DNA of 42,839 nucleotides from a virus, in IMG/VR virus record IMGVR_UViG_3300045988_131422; one strand, 5' to 3'. The translations under genes and the position numbers were made by a program. Below, one piece after another: positions 1 through 10,899 of this stretch. The notes beneath the pieces are model-generated. The model ran no database searches. It saw nothing but the letters and a program-made list of their open reading frames with translations, and was not told where the DNA came from. Position 1 is the first letter of the stretch. Each line of letters opens with the position of its first letter.

Positions 1-55
1 CAATGTAAACAGTGTTCATACAAATGGATCTGGTGGCAATATTCCACACAATAAC
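1..55. repeat. Terminal overlap: 1..55 is identical to 42785..42839 (circular closure, unit genome 42,784 bp)
   Basis: Base-by-base comparison of first and last 55 nt. An ORF reads continuously from 42612 across the junction to TAG 98..100. Confidence 0.95.
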
Positions 56-100
56 GTGCAACCATATTTAGTTGTTTTCTTTTGGCGAAGGATAAAATAG
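1..100 (+). CDS. Silent tail-fibre C-terminal cassette D, 3' part (5' part is 42612..42839)
   Basis: Frame continues ...NGSGGNIPHNNVQPYLVVFFWRRIK*. Same terminal motif as the expressed fibre end. Stop 98..100 abuts the stop of cassette C. Confidence 0.7.
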   Translation, partial: NVNSVHTNGSGGNIPHNNVQPYLVVFFWRRIK

Positions 101-379
101 CTACTTGATACGTCTCCAAAAGTAAGTTACCACGTAAGGTTGTACATTATCGTGAGGTTTGTTTCCGCCTGTTGGCCATGTTTGACCGTACCAATAATAT
201 TTAGTTTTATTAGCACGTTCAGTGGCTCTCGTAAAAGGCACGTCACTATATGAATTACCATATAACGCAGTGGTTACATCAGTTTGTTGGTCTAAGATCC
301 AATGCGTATGGCTCGGTAGCTCTTCACATGTAAGTTTATGAAAGTAGTTACCGCCAATCCATTCGGCAGCAAAGGACAT
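101..379 (-). CDS. Silent tail-fibre C-terminal cassette C (92 aa)
   Basis: MSFAAEWIGGNYFHKLTCEELPSHTH...DNVQPYVVTYFWRRIK*. Met lies inside the conserved 13-nt core and there is no SD. The ORF-track extension to 439 runs through site B and is not credible. Confidence 0.7.
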   Translation of the reverse strand: MSFAAEWIGGNYFHKLTCEELPSHTHWILDQQTDVTTALYGNSYSDVPFTRATERANKTKYYWYGQTWPTGGNKPHDNVQPYVVTYFWRRIK

Positions 380-381
380 AC
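369..381 (-). repeat. Putative recombination core, site C (GTATGTCCTTTGC on - strand)
   Basis: 13-nt core shared by all four cassette heads. Head-to-head with site B, 18 nt apart. Confidence 0.7.
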
Positions 382-399
382 CTATATGGCTGATTATAT

Positions 400-412
400 G
401 TATGTCCTTTAC
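400..412 (+). repeat. Putative recombination core, site B (GTATGTCCTTTAC)
   Basis: Same 13-nt core. Contains the ATG (402) of cassette B. Confidence 0.7.
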
Positions 413-704
413 ATCTTCTGGAACTGGGGGCGAATACAAGCATCAATTAAATTATTACGAGATGCCAAACCACGTGCATGTCGAATATGCAATGGTTGAA
501 GGTTACCCAGAATGGAACACTTTTACACCATCAGCATATTCAATGTTGTTTGGATGGCAAAGAGGTGATTACCGTGGCGATGTAACAACATATCATGCTG
601 CTAAAACTCCTTTAAACACCGCCACTTCAGACGAAGGAGGAAGTCAAAGTCACAATAACATTCAGCCTTATATCGTAGTTTATTTCTGGAGAAGAACAAA
701 GTAA
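402..704 (+). CDS. Silent tail-fibre C-terminal cassette B (100 aa)
   Basis: MSFTSSGTGGEYKHQLNYYEMPNHVH...HNNIQPYIVVYFWRRTK*. No SD upstream. Its stop (702..704) directly abuts the stop of the expressed fibre gene (705..707). Confidence 0.7.
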   Translation: MSFTSSGTGGEYKHQLNYYEMPNHVHVEYAMVEGYPEWNTFTPSAYSMLFGWQRGDYRGDVTTYHAAKTPLNTATSDEGGSQSHNNIQPYIVVYFWRRTK

Positions 705-2582
705 TCACTTGATTCTTTTCCAGAAGAATACTGTTATATATGGTTGAATGACATTATGCGCTTCGTTATTGCCAACATATGAGCCATATCTATTTTTATC
801 GTAATCATGAATAAATGGAGTAAATGCTCCTGATCGATTATTGTCTCCTAAATAAGTCATGTTATAGAATCCTGTATTACCGCCATATGCAGTAATAATA
901 TCCCAATCATGTGGACGGTGAGCGTGTGATGGCATTTCATTCAAAGATAACAAATGCTTATATTCTCCACCTTGAGATGTAGCAGTAAATGACATACTTG
1001 TACTACCATCGTTTCCAGTACCTTCTCCGACCAAAGTTCGACCTTGACCGAACTGTTCCCAAGTTCCACCCAAGAATGTTCCTGGGTTCTTTTTATCGTA
1101 TGTGATATAGACTGCGCCAACTGGGAATATTTTATTTAAAAACATTGGAGCTACAATATCGCCTAATACGGTTAGTGTATCTTTTTGGTTTCCATCTTGA
1201 CCGAAGAACGTTAATGATCTTCCATCTTTACCAAAGTTAATTAACGAGTAAGCAGGTGCTACAGTAAAGATTTGCCATGAGTAGTCATTCATGAACTTAT
1301 CCTTAACACCGAATGCCACTTCATAAGAATTTGTTGCGGATGTAAATAAATTACCTGCTTTGTAGTCTTGCTCAAGAGTATAGTTGTTATCCCATGAATT
1401 TATTTTCGTCCATGAACTAGCTCCACTCGCTCTATATTGGATATAGAATGATGTCACATTCTTATTTGATAAACTTGTAAAAGCGACTTTAAAATGCAGT
1501 AATGCATACGTTCCGCTAGCTTCATCAACCGCATAATTTGAATTAGCACGCTTTGCAGTTACATCAGTCAAACTTGGCGAGCTATATGCCGACACAGTAA
1601 CTGAACCACTCTTAGATGCGGTACGACCACGTGAATCTGTAACTGTGATTGTGTACGACAACTTGCCACTTCCCTGTACAGTACCTGTAGTAAATGAACT
1701 ATCATTGTATGTTTGTCCTTCAAATTTAGTTGATACAGATGTAACAGTTGAGCCTTGACTACCACTTGTAGCAATTGAGAACTTTATTCTTGATTGACTT
1801 TGAACATGTTGACCTATTCCTACGCAGATTGAATTTATATCAGATATCGAGACCGTTCCAACACTAGGAACGACTCCACTTCTTACTTTAATTGTTGCAT
1901 TTACTGATTTTGAGCCAACCGAAGTTGAACCACTGAATGTTTCTAATGTAAATGTAGCAATTCCGCTTGTCGAATTAGGTAAGTCCTTTTCCCATGCGGT
2001 AGGAATCGTATAAGAAAAAGTGGGTGTTAATGTCCCACTTATCGTTGTTAATTCACTTGTTTTACCATTCCATGTTGCGTAGATTTTATGTGTAAAGTTT
2101 TTTGAAGCACTCGAGCCATTAATATTTATAGTTTTACCACATTCAATGCTAGGGCTATCAATAGATATGCTTGATGCTCTTGGAATAGTTGTCAATTTAA
2201 CAGTACCACTGCAAGAACCAGTAATAGGTGCATAATATCCAGAGTTACTTCCACTGAAAGATGCGCTTGCTGAAATTGTTTTTGAACCATCTGCATCATG
2301 TGAAATAGTTACCGTTCCACTTTTTACACCAACAAGAGTTCCAGCTGGAACATTAGGTGTAAAGCTTTGATCTAACACTTGAGTACCATTCACGGATACT
2401 TTAAATGTTTCTGGAATTCCATTGTGTGTATGGTACTGCGTATTAGATCGAATACCAACCCACCACTCTACATATGATGTGTTGTTTTCAACAGAATAAG
2501 ATATTTCATTGATTCGTAATATTAACGAGTATTTATCCCACTGACCACTACCAATTTGTATTCCACCACTAAATTCTGCCAT
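705..2582 (-). CDS. Tail fibre / receptor-binding protein (625 aa), currently fused to cassette A (705..995)
   Basis: Last gene of the tail module. Ser/Thr-rich repeated beta modules. C-terminus [48 protein letters not shown] resembles tail-collar-type domains (from memory). Confidence 0.8.
   Translation of the reverse strand: MAEFSGGIQIGSGQWDKYSLILRINEISYSVENNTSYVEWWVGIRSNTQYHTHNGIPETFKVSVNGTQVLDQSFTPNVPAGTLVGVKSGTVTISHDADGSKTISASASFSGSNSGYYAPITGSCSGTVKLTTIPRASSISIDSPSIECGKTININGSSASKNFTHKIYATWNGKTSELTTISGTLTPTFSYTIPTAWEKDLPNSTSGIATFTLETFSGSTSVGSKSVNATIKVRSGVVPSVGTVSISDINSICVGIGQHVQSQSRIKFSIATSGSQGSTVTSVSTKFEGQTYNDSSFTTGTVQGSGKLSYTITVTDSRGRTASKSGSVTVSAYSSPSLTDVTAKRANSNYAVDEASGTYALLHFKVAFTSLSNKNVTSFYIQYRASGASSWTKINSWDNNYTLEQDYKAGNLFTSATNSYEVAFGVKDKFMNDYSWQIFTVAPAYSLINFGKDGRSLTFFGQDGNQKDTLTVLGDIVAPMFLNKIFPVGAVYITYDKKNPGTFLGGTWEQFGQGRTLVGEGTGNDGSTSMSFTATSQGGEYKHLLSLNEMPSHAHRPHDWDIITAYGGNTGFYNMTYLGDNNRSGAFTPFIHDYDKNRYGSYVGNNEAHNVIQPYITVFFWKRIK
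985..997 (-). repeat. Putative recombination core, site A inside the expressed fibre gene (GTATGTCATTTAC on - strand)
   Basis: Encodes S-M-S-F at the constant/variable boundary. One mismatch to the other three cores. Confidence 0.65.
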
Positions 2583-5500
2583 TTAATTCCCCTACTTTCT
2601 TGAAGTCTAGCGAGCCATTTGCTCTTGGCACGAATCCAAATGCACCAACTTTCAAAGACTGTGTGAATTGTCCATCTGTGATGTACATTGTTTGATCGTT
2701 TATATAAGTAACTTTCGCGCCATTCTTTTGAATCGACCATTCTTGGTTTGTAATCTTAGTTTTAAATGCACTGTCTGATTTACCTAAAGTCAACGCATCA
2801 TTATCGAAAGACATATAACTGTTTACGTTGTCTGTGGTTTGCTTCAAACCATCCAATCTACCATTTACACTATTTATTTGGCCGTTCATTTCATTTTTAG
2901 CATCAGTCACGCTTTGATTAATTGACCACGTAAAATCGCTCTTAGTTTGGCTAAACTGAGTAGATACTTCTTCTTTATAATGATTCAAAGCCGAATTTGA
3001 TACGTAAGTTTCGCTAACTTTCGCAGTAATTTCATTCGCTTTTGTCTCAATGGCAGATTGTCGTTCTGTACGTTCTTCATTAACTGCCTCCCATGAGCTA
3101 TCACATACAGGAGTTGTATAAACTGTTGAAGCAGGGTTCTTATAAACCACTTTGTATCTAGTCCATAAATACTTACCATTTGACCAGGTAGGCATTGATT
3201 CAACCCATGATCCACCACTTTGAGTAGTCTTCGAATCACTCATGTAATACTGTTGAGTCATACTTGCTACACCTGTTCCAGTCGCACCAGTATCACCTTT
3301 AACTCCTTGAGGTCCAGCAGCACCTGTAGCGCCTTTATCACCTTTTATACCCTGTGGGCCAGTAGCTCCAGTTGCACCTTGTGGACCTGTTGCTCCGGTA
3401 GCTCCTCTATCACCTTTGTCACCCTTTGCGCCGTTAACACCCATACGAGCTACAGAATATCCAACAGTAGGAGCTCCACTTGTATAGTTAGTTGTAGTCT
3501 TAGTCCATAAATATGAACCAGCAGCAACAGCAGGAATATCTTTAACCCATGTTCCAGTAGGTACAGTTGTTCCAGATGTAGAAGCTTGGTATTCAACAGA
3601 TGTACTTGCAACTCCTCGACCGTCAAACTCACCTTTATTAGCTCTATCAGTTAAACTATTAGCTTTACTTAATGCACTTGATGCATTGCTATTCGCACTA
3701 TCTGCAGTTCCTTTAATTTCAGTAACTGAAGTAGCTTGTAACTTAATCGCCTCTGCATTTTGCTTAATTGCAGTTTCAGTTTTAGTAACACGATTTGTTA
3801 ATGCATTTAAATCTTTCTGAGCTTGTTCTGCGTTAGCTTTAGCCGTATCTGCAGTTGTTTGTGCAGTCTTAGCATTATTGATTGCAGTCTGTGCATTAGT
3901 TTGAGCAGTAGTTGCATCTGTCTGTGCTTTCTTGACTGCAGTTTCTGCATTAGTTAATCTAGTTTGAGCTTTTGTAATTTCACTCTCAGTCGCATCAACT
4001 CTACCAGTCACTGATTCTAGATTAGCTTTTGCATTTGCCAATTCTTTATTAGCATTGTCTAAGTTAGTTTGAGCACTGTCTGCTTTTTTCTTTGCTTCAT
4101 CTGCTAGAGTTTGAGCACTTTGAGCATTACTTAATGCAGTACTAGCTTGAGTTTGAGCATCCGTTGCTTTCTTTGTTACATCAATAATATCTTTCTGAGC
4201 TTTAGTTGTATCAGATTGCAACTTTTCAATTGAACTTGCTTGAGTTGTGATTGAATCGGCATTTTGTTTAATCTTGGTATTTAAACTACCTTCAATGCTT
4301 GTTAAATCACTCTTAGAAGCATAAGTTTCTGATACAGTAGTCGATAATTCACCGACTTTCTTTTCAATTTCTGTTGTAACATCTGCATGAATTGTTTTTG
4401 ATTCAGTAGTTAAATCAACCTTTGTAGCATATGTTTCTTTAACAGTAGCAATTTCACTAGCGTTGGCATTTGCCTTATCAACTGCATCTTGAATCTGTTG
4501 CTTTGAATCAGTGATATCACCTTTAATTGCATCAATTTGTTGTTGAGCTTTACCAGTGCTTGTATTTGCATCTTGTGCTAATTTCACTGCATCTTCAGAT
4601 TGTTTGTTAGCAGTACTTGCTAATCCATTTGCACTAGTTGCAAGCTTTTCAGCATCTTCAGCTTTGCCAAGTGCTTCTTTTGATTGCACATTTGCTTGAG
4701 ACACTTGAGTGTGAATCTCACCGATTTGCGCATCAATCTCATTCCAGGTATTATCAAATATAGCTTTCGTATACTTGATTTCACTAGGATTAGCATACGT
4801 ACATTTCCAACGTTTCCAAAGGAATTTATCTGATTGATAAACCACATTACCAACGAACCATTCGCCACCAATTAATTCGGTTTGTGATGTTGAATAATAG
4901 AATTGTTCTTCGGCACTCACAAATGACTGACCATCTTCCCCTTTAATTGCACTCCATCGGTATTTGGTTGGGTCATCACTGCCATATTGCTTTGAGTCAG
5001 AATACTGACCAATAAATTTACGATTTGAGTCTGTCAAACTGAAATCAACACGTCCATCTGAACTATTGGCATAGGCAATATGTACGTATGCGCTTGTTCC
5101 ATTCTGACCGTCCTGTAATCGCATTACGGTGACTTCTGCGCTTGCTTTAAGTATTTCACCACTCATTGCTTTAAATCGGTATACGGCCTTTTCTGTGAAA
5201 TCTGAAGCGTTGACTGTGATTGTTTGGCTAGTTGATAATTGCACACCATCTTTATACCAAATGATTGAATACTTAGATGTAATATCAACACCATCATTTT
5301 TAACTAATGCGGTAAGCTTAGTTGAATCTGAATCGGTCTTAAACAAAACTCCATTTGAAGATACAATTGAGCCTTCATAAACTTTCTTTAACTCAATCAT
5401 CTTGTTCATTTCACTGATCAAAGCCGAACTAATCTGTGATTGCTTTTCTTCAAAGTTGTCAAAAATAGTCTTGCACTTCTCGGAATCCGTGAAACAAATC

Positions 5501-6549
5501 TCTTGTTCCGTTATTCGTGCTTCTAAATATAAAGTAGGACTATACTCCGCATCTTCGATGGTAAATGTATCGCCAATATCAGCATCAATATATGCATCTA
5601 CATCGTATGTAACTTTAGGAACACAATTCTTTTTCAATTGAGCTAGTGCTTGACCATATAAGGTTTCTACACTGTCTGTTTCATAAGACCACACTAGCAC
5701 TGCATACATATCGTTTGAATGATTTGTTAATAACGTACTAGGAAATCTATCTCTAGATTGAGGTGCAAGTATGTTGTTACCTTGAACTTTATACAAAACA
5801 TTTCCATTTGAATCTTTTACAACACGGCCACTAATCGAGTTAAGTTGTAACCCATTATTACCCGTAGGTCTGATACCTGTATACAACTCTGTAATATCAC
5901 TTGTTTTAGTGATTCCGTAAACATCATTAGGATATCTTAAGATCGTACTGCGTTTATCTGTTCCCATACCTTGAACTGAATCTGAATGAGCACGATAAAT
6001 ATTCAACACAACATTCTTCAACGAGTAATCATCATTTAATTGAGTAATAAACTCTAGCTCTGCATCAAATACATTTGCGATTGAATACAATCTTGCAAGC
6101 ACTGTATCACTGCCAGTCCATTCGTGACTAATCTTCTTATTAGATACTTCATTTCGGCCAATTGTGAATGATTGCTCAAATCCATACGTACTAACATATT
6201 CTGCAAATGACATCGCTCTAGGCGCTTTATATGCATCTACATATTCATTCGTTAATTCAAGGCAAAGACCATAGGCGGTAACGTTTGTCGTGTTACCACC
6301 TTTTTCTACGTTCATGATCGTTAAATAATAGCCTTTGTTCTTTCTTGTAAAGCTCAGTTTATTTCCTTCAACTAAAAAGGCTGCATCATCATGTGCAGTC
6401 AATGTTGTAAATTCAAATGTATATGCCGAGCCTTTCAAGTATGTATGCAAGGTTTCATCAAAGTAATGCATTGCGCTAGGTACTGTATTGTCTAAAAAAG
6501 CTAGAACCTTGTCGTATGGAGTCAATACTGCTATTCTGATTTGTTCCAT
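2569..6549 (-). CDS. Tal-like tail tip / minor structural protein (about 1326 aa)
   Basis: ATG 6549 overlaps the Dit stop (TAATG) with GGAGG 10 nt upstream. N-terminal region resembles the prophage-tail (Tal) domain, followed by a long Ala/Thr/Gln coiled coil and a collagen-like run. Position after Dit. Confidence 0.75.
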   Translation of the reverse strand: MEQIRIAVLTPYDKVLAFLDNTVPSAMHYFDETLHTYLKGSAYTFEFTTLTAHDDAAFLVEGNKLSFTRKNKGYYLTIMNVEKGGNTTNVTAYGLCLELTNEYVDAYKAPRAMSFAEYVSTYGFEQSFTIGRNEVSNKKISHEWTGSDTVLARLYSIANVFDAELEFITQLNDDYSLKNVVLNIYRAHSDSVQGMGTDKRSTILRYPNDVYGITKTSDITELYTGIRPTGNNGLQLNSISGRVVKDSNGNVLYKVQGNNILAPQSRDRFPSTLLTNHSNDMYAVLVWSYETDSVETLYGQALAQLKKNCVPKVTYDVDAYIDADIGDTFTIEDAEYSPTLYLEARITEQEICFTDSEKCKTIFDNFEEKQSQISSALISEMNKMIELKKVYEGSIVSSNGVLFKTDSDSTKLTALVKNDGVDITSKYSIIWYKDGVQLSTSQTITVNASDFTEKAVYRFKAMSGEILKASAEVTVMRLQDGQNGTSAYVHIAYANSSDGRVDFSLTDSNRKFIGQYSDSKQYGSDDPTKYRWSAIKGEDGQSFVSAEEQFYYSTSQTELIGGEWFVGNVVYQSDKFLWKRWKCTYANPSEIKYTKAIFDNTWNEIDAQIGEIHTQVSQANVQSKEALGKAEDAEKLATSANGLASTANKQSEDAVKLAQDANTSTGKAQQQIDAIKGDITDSKQQIQDAVDKANANASEIATVKETYATKVDLTTESKTIHADVTTEIEKKVGELSTTVSETYASKSDLTSIEGSLNTKIKQNADSITTQASSIEKLQSDTTKAQKDIIDVTKKATDAQTQASTALSNAQSAQTLADEAKKKADSAQTNLDNANKELANAKANLESVTGRVDATESEITKAQTRLTNAETAVKKAQTDATTAQTNAQTAINNAKTAQTTADTAKANAEQAQKDLNALTNRVTKTETAIKQNAEAIKLQATSVTEIKGTADSANSNASSALSKANSLTDRANKGEFDGRGVASTSVEYQASTSGTTVPTGTWVKDIPAVAAGSYLWTKTTTNYTSGAPTVGYSVARMGVNGAKGDKGDRGATGATGPQGATGATGPQGIKGDKGATGAAGPQGVKGDTGATGTGVASMTQQYYMSDSKTTQSGGSWVESMPTWSNGKYLWTRYKVVYKNPASTVYTTPVCDSSWEAVNEERTERQSAIETKANEITAKVSETYVSNSALNHYKEEVSTQFSQTKSDFTWSINQSVTDAKNEMNGQINSVNGRLDGLKQTTDNVNSYMSFDNDALTLGKSDSAFKTKITNQEWSIQKNGAKVTYINDQTMYITDGQFTQSLKVGAFGFVPRANGSLDFKKVGELNGRI
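3271..3440 (-). repeat. Collagen-like Gly-X-Y repeat region within Tal
   Basis: [54 protein letters not shown]. Confidence 0.9.
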
Positions 6550-8075
6550 TATAACCATGCCTCCCTTATTCTAGCTTTCACTGTCGGCTTCGATTTTGAC
6601 CAACTAGAGCACGTAGTCTTTATTTCTGTAGTTCCTACTGGTGCTTTAAAATACTTAGTTCCTAGAACCTCATCTTGAGGTCTAGACATTCCGTTTACAT
6701 AAACGTGCGATGACTTACCATCAATTGTAATTTTCGTACCATTAGGATATCTATTAGGAATATCTCTCCATTTTGATACATTATTTTTTGTAAAATTGAT
6801 TACATCAAATCCCATCATTGACATCAGTTGATTACCGCCTCTATCACCCCATTGCTTGAACGCAATCTGAATTTTAGCGCACTTCATATTTGCAATTTCT
6901 GGAATGTAATAATTGTAATATCCTCCCCAGTAGAAGAATCGGATGTTTCCGCCTTCTTTTAACACATCGCAATGTCCCCAACTCCAATACCAAGGATTTT
7001 GTGTGTGTAAATGTGAAGTTGTATATGAGAAGTTTCTAAGCATTTTGCCGTTTGCCCAAAACTCATAATGTCCTGTATTGCCTACTGTATCTGTCTTGTA
7101 CCAGTTACAACCACATATCAATTTATTGTCTGCAGTTAAGAAGTTGATACACATTTCTCCTGTTTGCCCCATAAGACCCGCATAGAACAACAAATGAAAA
7201 TAACAATAGAAGTTCTGAGCACCACTTGTATCTCCATTTGAATCTGCAGGTATTACCAAGGTTCTTAATCCACCACTCGCAGACCCTTTTTTTGCTCCAA
7301 CAGTGCCAAATCCAATAAACTTTTGATTAAACCAAGTGTGTTCGGCTAATGTACCGTTCGAACCGTACTGAGGATGCATTACATCCGTTCCACCAGTGTC
7401 ATCTGCACAATTGTAAAAGTTGTTGATGCCAACTAAATGTTCGCTTTGTTGATATGTTTCTGAATCAAGTTCTTCAATTTTTCCATACTGCATGACACCT
7501 TCAGTTGATACGATACCAATATATCCGGTTTCAGATGTTGTCTGAACCTCATAATCAATACTTACAGGTACAGTTCCTTCATTGACAATGTTTAACACTC
7601 CATTAGTATCAGTAAATTCTTTTTCTGCGGTTGAATATTTGCATGGGTCTGAGCAATAGATTTCGATTTCACCGATTACGTTATTACTTCCGCCATCAAC
7701 TTGTGTGTTAGATGTCTTAGTTCCAATGAAATACTTGTCGCTTTCATCATTAAAAATGACTTTTACTTGCTCGCCACTCAACAATTTATTCATCTTGTTG
7801 TAAGCTTCTCGAAATTCTCTGCTTCCTCTAGCTCTCAACTGGTACTTAACAGTAATCGTTCTTGCAGGAGTTGTTTTATATCTGTAATAAGAACCATCCA
7901 TTCCATCTATTTCAGTATGTTTTACTTCTGATTCCATCAACTCACGTCCTGTTACAGAAAGTGTACGATATCCATCTATTTCATTTTCTAAATATACGCC
8001 ATTATATGACATGGCTTCTGTCGGTAGATTAGTACCGACGATGCCACTATTTACTGTATTTACGAATGCATACAT
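6549..8075 (-). CDS. Distal tail protein (Dit), long form with internal insertion (508 aa)
   Basis: Directly follows the TMP (TAATG overlap). N-terminus resembles the siphovirus tail-component family. Size suggests an extra carbohydrate-binding-type insertion. Confidence 0.65.
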   Translation of the reverse strand: MYAFVNTVNSGIVGTNLPTEAMSYNGVYLENEIDGYRTLSVTGRELMESEVKHTEIDGMDGSYYRYKTTPARTITVKYQLRARGSREFREAYNKMNKLLSGEQVKVIFNDESDKYFIGTKTSNTQVDGGSNNVIGEIEIYCSDPCKYSTAEKEFTDTNGVLNIVNEGTVPVSIDYEVQTTSETGYIGIVSTEGVMQYGKIEELDSETYQQSEHLVGINNFYNCADDTGGTDVMHPQYGSNGTLAEHTWFNQKFIGFGTVGAKKGSASGGLRTLVIPADSNGDTSGAQNFYCYFHLLFYAGLMGQTGEMCINFLTADNKLICGCNWYKTDTVGNTGHYEFWANGKMLRNFSYTTSHLHTQNPWYWSWGHCDVLKEGGNIRFFYWGGYYNYYIPEIANMKCAKIQIAFKQWGDRGGNQLMSMMGFDVINFTKNNVSKWRDIPNRYPNGTKITIDGKSSHVYVNGMSRPQDEVLGTKYFKAPVGTTEIKTTCSSWSKSKPTVKARIREAWL

Positions 8076-10897
8076 TATCTGTTACCTCGCAATCTCTCGT
8101 TAAGCTTTGAGTTTCTGTTAATCTCATTCTGATTTGCTCTATATGTTGCACGTGCAAATTCACGATCATTAATGTAAAGTGGTGTTTCAACCGTTAATTG
8201 AGCGTTGCTAGTGTAATCGTATTCTGCATTCATATCACTCACAACACCTCCAAAAGCCATTTTAGGAGTGCTCATTAGTGGAAGGTATAATAACTTCTCT
8301 GCAGCCTTTTTAACCTGAGGAACCATTCCTAAAATACCATTGCGATATCCTTTACCCCACCACATACCATCTTTATCTGCAATTTTAGATGGTGAGCCAA
8401 TCTTAGCTTTTGCACGAATTGCGGCATCTGCAGCTGCTGCTAAACTAGCGGCCGCAGCTCTAACAGAACCTTCACTAGCTCTTAAACCATTCGCCAATCC
8501 TTGACCAATCATCTGACCACAATATTGTGCTTTTGACTGACACGCATTGAATGCACTGATAATGTTATTGCATGAAGATCGTGCTATTGACACACTTTTT
8601 GATAAGCTTCCTTTAAGTCCTGATGTAAACTTAGTGCCCATTGCAGTTCCTGAAGTTGAAGCCCTAGCTTCTGCTGCAGACATTGCACTGATAATGTTAT
8701 TGCATGAGTTTGTCACTGTAGCTGACGTACTGGCAAATGTAGTACCTACCATACCAATAGCAGTTACAAGGGCCATCATCTGAGTACCAGCGCTTCCTAT
8801 GCCTACAGAAGCTGCAGATATAGCTCCTATTCCGGTTGCTACTGCAGCTAAGCTAGCTCCCATATCAAACAGATTTAAACCAGTAATAATCTGAATACCT
8901 TTAGCTAATTCTTTAAATCCTTTACCAGCATTTAATGCCGATTGGCCAATAGATTCAATCACTCCTGATACTGAGTTTAAGATTCCACTTACTGTTTCAC
9001 CGAATGATGTAATTACACCACTGATACCTTCAAATACTTCTTTGATAACAGGTCCAAACGCAGAAACAACATCTGCAACACCCTGAAGAACCATTTGTAA
9101 ACCTTCACCTTGTGATCCAACCAATGCCATTGCAGCACCAGTTGCTAGAATAGCCGCTGCCAACGCAAGCCATGTAGTAGGTGGTACTAATGCAATTGCG
9201 GTTCCTAAACCTGTAAATGCAGTTGCTAACCCTTGTCCAATACCTTGTGCTACCGTACTGATTGCAGTACCAAGCGATTCAACGACTGTTCCGACTCCTT
9301 CCAAAGCCGATTTAATGCCTTGTCCGATACCTTGAAAAGCAGTACTAATAGCTTCTCCTAGACCTGTTATAATTCCTTTTACACCTTCACATACCGAAGT
9401 AATAACATTTGAAATTCCTTCAAATGCAGAATTAATAATCTGTGCAGCTTTAGATGTTTTCTGAGCAGTTCGCATTGCTGCATCACCAATACCGTCACTT
9501 GGAGTACCATTTTGTGGTAATTGTCCAGGTATTTCTTGAGTTGGTTTTTCTCCTAATCCTCTGATTTTGTCAATAATTGATTTTAACTTTGAATATCCAC
9601 CTTTAGCCGTGCCAACGACACCACTAATCATACTAGATACTTTGCTACCGACTTTGATTGCAACAAATGCTCCTGCCAATAATTTGACTGCACTTGCAAA
9701 TCTCTTAACATCTTCCGTTTTAAGATTTGCTATGAAATCTGCAATTTTGCCAGTTACATCTTCTACTTTTGCAATGATATTTCCAATGTCTTGTCCTAAC
9801 TGCTCAAAGACTTTACTGTCTTGCAACTTATCCATTACATTTCCAATAGCATCTTTGACTTTGTCGAACAATGTAATTGCGTTTTGTACGGCATCTGTCT
9901 TCATAAATCCATCATAGAATTGTTGGACCATAGCTTTAGCATTGTTTGCTCTATCTGCAAGCCAATCCATAGCTTTTGATACATTCTCCAAGACTCCAGG
10001 CTTAAAGTCCCATGTCAAACCATCATCCTTGGATTCCATGATTGAATTTCTAAAGTCATAGATTTTAGATTTGATCTTTTCTAGATTATCAACTAATCCA
10101 TCCATGGCTTTTGACTTCAACATGTTATTCATTGCAGACAAGAACCCTTGTTCTAAGTTTTGTACTGCACTCTTGATGTTAGTCATAGAAGTTTTAATAC
10201 CTTTAGATGCTTCTAATGCAGTTTCTGCAAAGCCACCTGTTTCTGTATCACATTCAATCATTGCATCATTAAACTGATCAAATGTAATCGTTCCATTCTG
10301 TAATGCATCATACAATTCATTTGCATTACCGCTTGTAATACCTAGTTTCTTTGCAACTTTAGTTAATGCTGGTGCCATTGTTTCTTGTAAGGTTCTCCAT
10401 GATTGCATATCAACTGTACCTTTAGCAAGCATCTGTGAATACTGTTGTAACCCACGTGATGCATCTTCTGAACTAGATCCACTTGCTAAAAACGCATGGT
10501 TTAATGCGATTGTAGTATCAGTTGCCTTATCGATATTGCTTGTAACGGCAGTCAACGACTTAGATGTTGTTACAACATCTGCCAAGTTTGTAGGTAAGCC
10601 TTGTACTGACTGATTTAACTTTGCAACACTCTTTTGAGATTGTTCAATTGAAAACCCCAAAGACTTCATAACTTTTGGATAGGATTGCATGGTATCAAAT
10701 CTATTAATAGCACCATCAAAGGATGAGCTAAGAACGTTCATCGTTGCACCAATAGCTTTAGTTATGCCGACACCTGCAACGATAGATTTAACTCTATCAC
10801 CAAACGACTGACACGCTCCTATAGCTTTGTTCATGGTTGAGGTCATATTCTTATCGGTTGCCGTTAGTATGGCTTCAACACTAAAACTTTCTGCCAT
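8075..10897 (-). CDS. Tape measure protein (940 aa)
   Basis: Largest helical Gly/Ala-rich protein immediately after the G/GT chaperone pair. Strong SD AAGGAGGG. Confidence 0.85.
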   Translation of the reverse strand: MAESFSVEAILTATDKNMTSTMNKAIGACQSFGDRVKSIVAGVGITKAIGATMNVLSSSFDGAINRFDTMQSYPKVMKSLGFSIEQSQKSVAKLNQSVQGLPTNLADVVTTSKSLTAVTSNIDKATDTTIALNHAFLASGSSSEDASRGLQQYSQMLAKGTVDMQSWRTLQETMAPALTKVAKKLGITSGNANELYDALQNGTITFDQFNDAMIECDTETGGFAETALEASKGIKTSMTNIKSAVQNLEQGFLSAMNNMLKSKAMDGLVDNLEKIKSKIYDFRNSIMESKDDGLTWDFKPGVLENVSKAMDWLADRANNAKAMVQQFYDGFMKTDAVQNAITLFDKVKDAIGNVMDKLQDSKVFEQLGQDIGNIIAKVEDVTGKIADFIANLKTEDVKRFASAVKLLAGAFVAIKVGSKVSSMISGVVGTAKGGYSKLKSIIDKIRGLGEKPTQEIPGQLPQNGTPSDGIGDAAMRTAQKTSKAAQIINSAFEGISNVITSVCEGVKGIITGLGEAISTAFQGIGQGIKSALEGVGTVVESLGTAISTVAQGIGQGLATAFTGLGTAIALVPPTTWLALAAAILATGAAMALVGSQGEGLQMVLQGVADVVSAFGPVIKEVFEGISGVITSFGETVSGILNSVSGVIESIGQSALNAGKGFKELAKGIQIITGLNLFDMGASLAAVATGIGAISAASVGIGSAGTQMMALVTAIGMVGTTFASTSATVTNSCNNIISAMSAAEARASTSGTAMGTKFTSGLKGSLSKSVSIARSSCNNIISAFNACQSKAQYCGQMIGQGLANGLRASEGSVRAAAASLAAAADAAIRAKAKIGSPSKIADKDGMWWGKGYRNGILGMVPQVKKAAEKLLYLPLMSTPKMAFGGVVSDMNAEYDYTSNAQLTVETPLYINDREFARATYRANQNEINRNSKLNERLRGNR

Positions 10898-10899
10898 TG

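Noticed and set aside
1-55. 55-nt repeat as a biological direct terminal repeat or cos end
   Set aside because: It falls in the middle of a coding cassette and has the exact-overlap look of an assembler k-mer artefact on a circular contig. This cannot be fully excluded without reads.
101-439. Full 112-aa ORF as listed in the track
   Set aside because: The N-terminal 20 codons run through the 18-nt spacer and site B. The homologous cassettes all begin at the MSF inside the 13-nt core, so only 101..379 is meaningful.
1-2582. Diversity-generating retroelement as the source of fibre variability
   Set aside because: There is no reverse transcriptase anywhere in the genome. There is no template or variable repeat pair with adenine-specific mismatches. 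The variation is in discrete, oppositely oriented cassettes.
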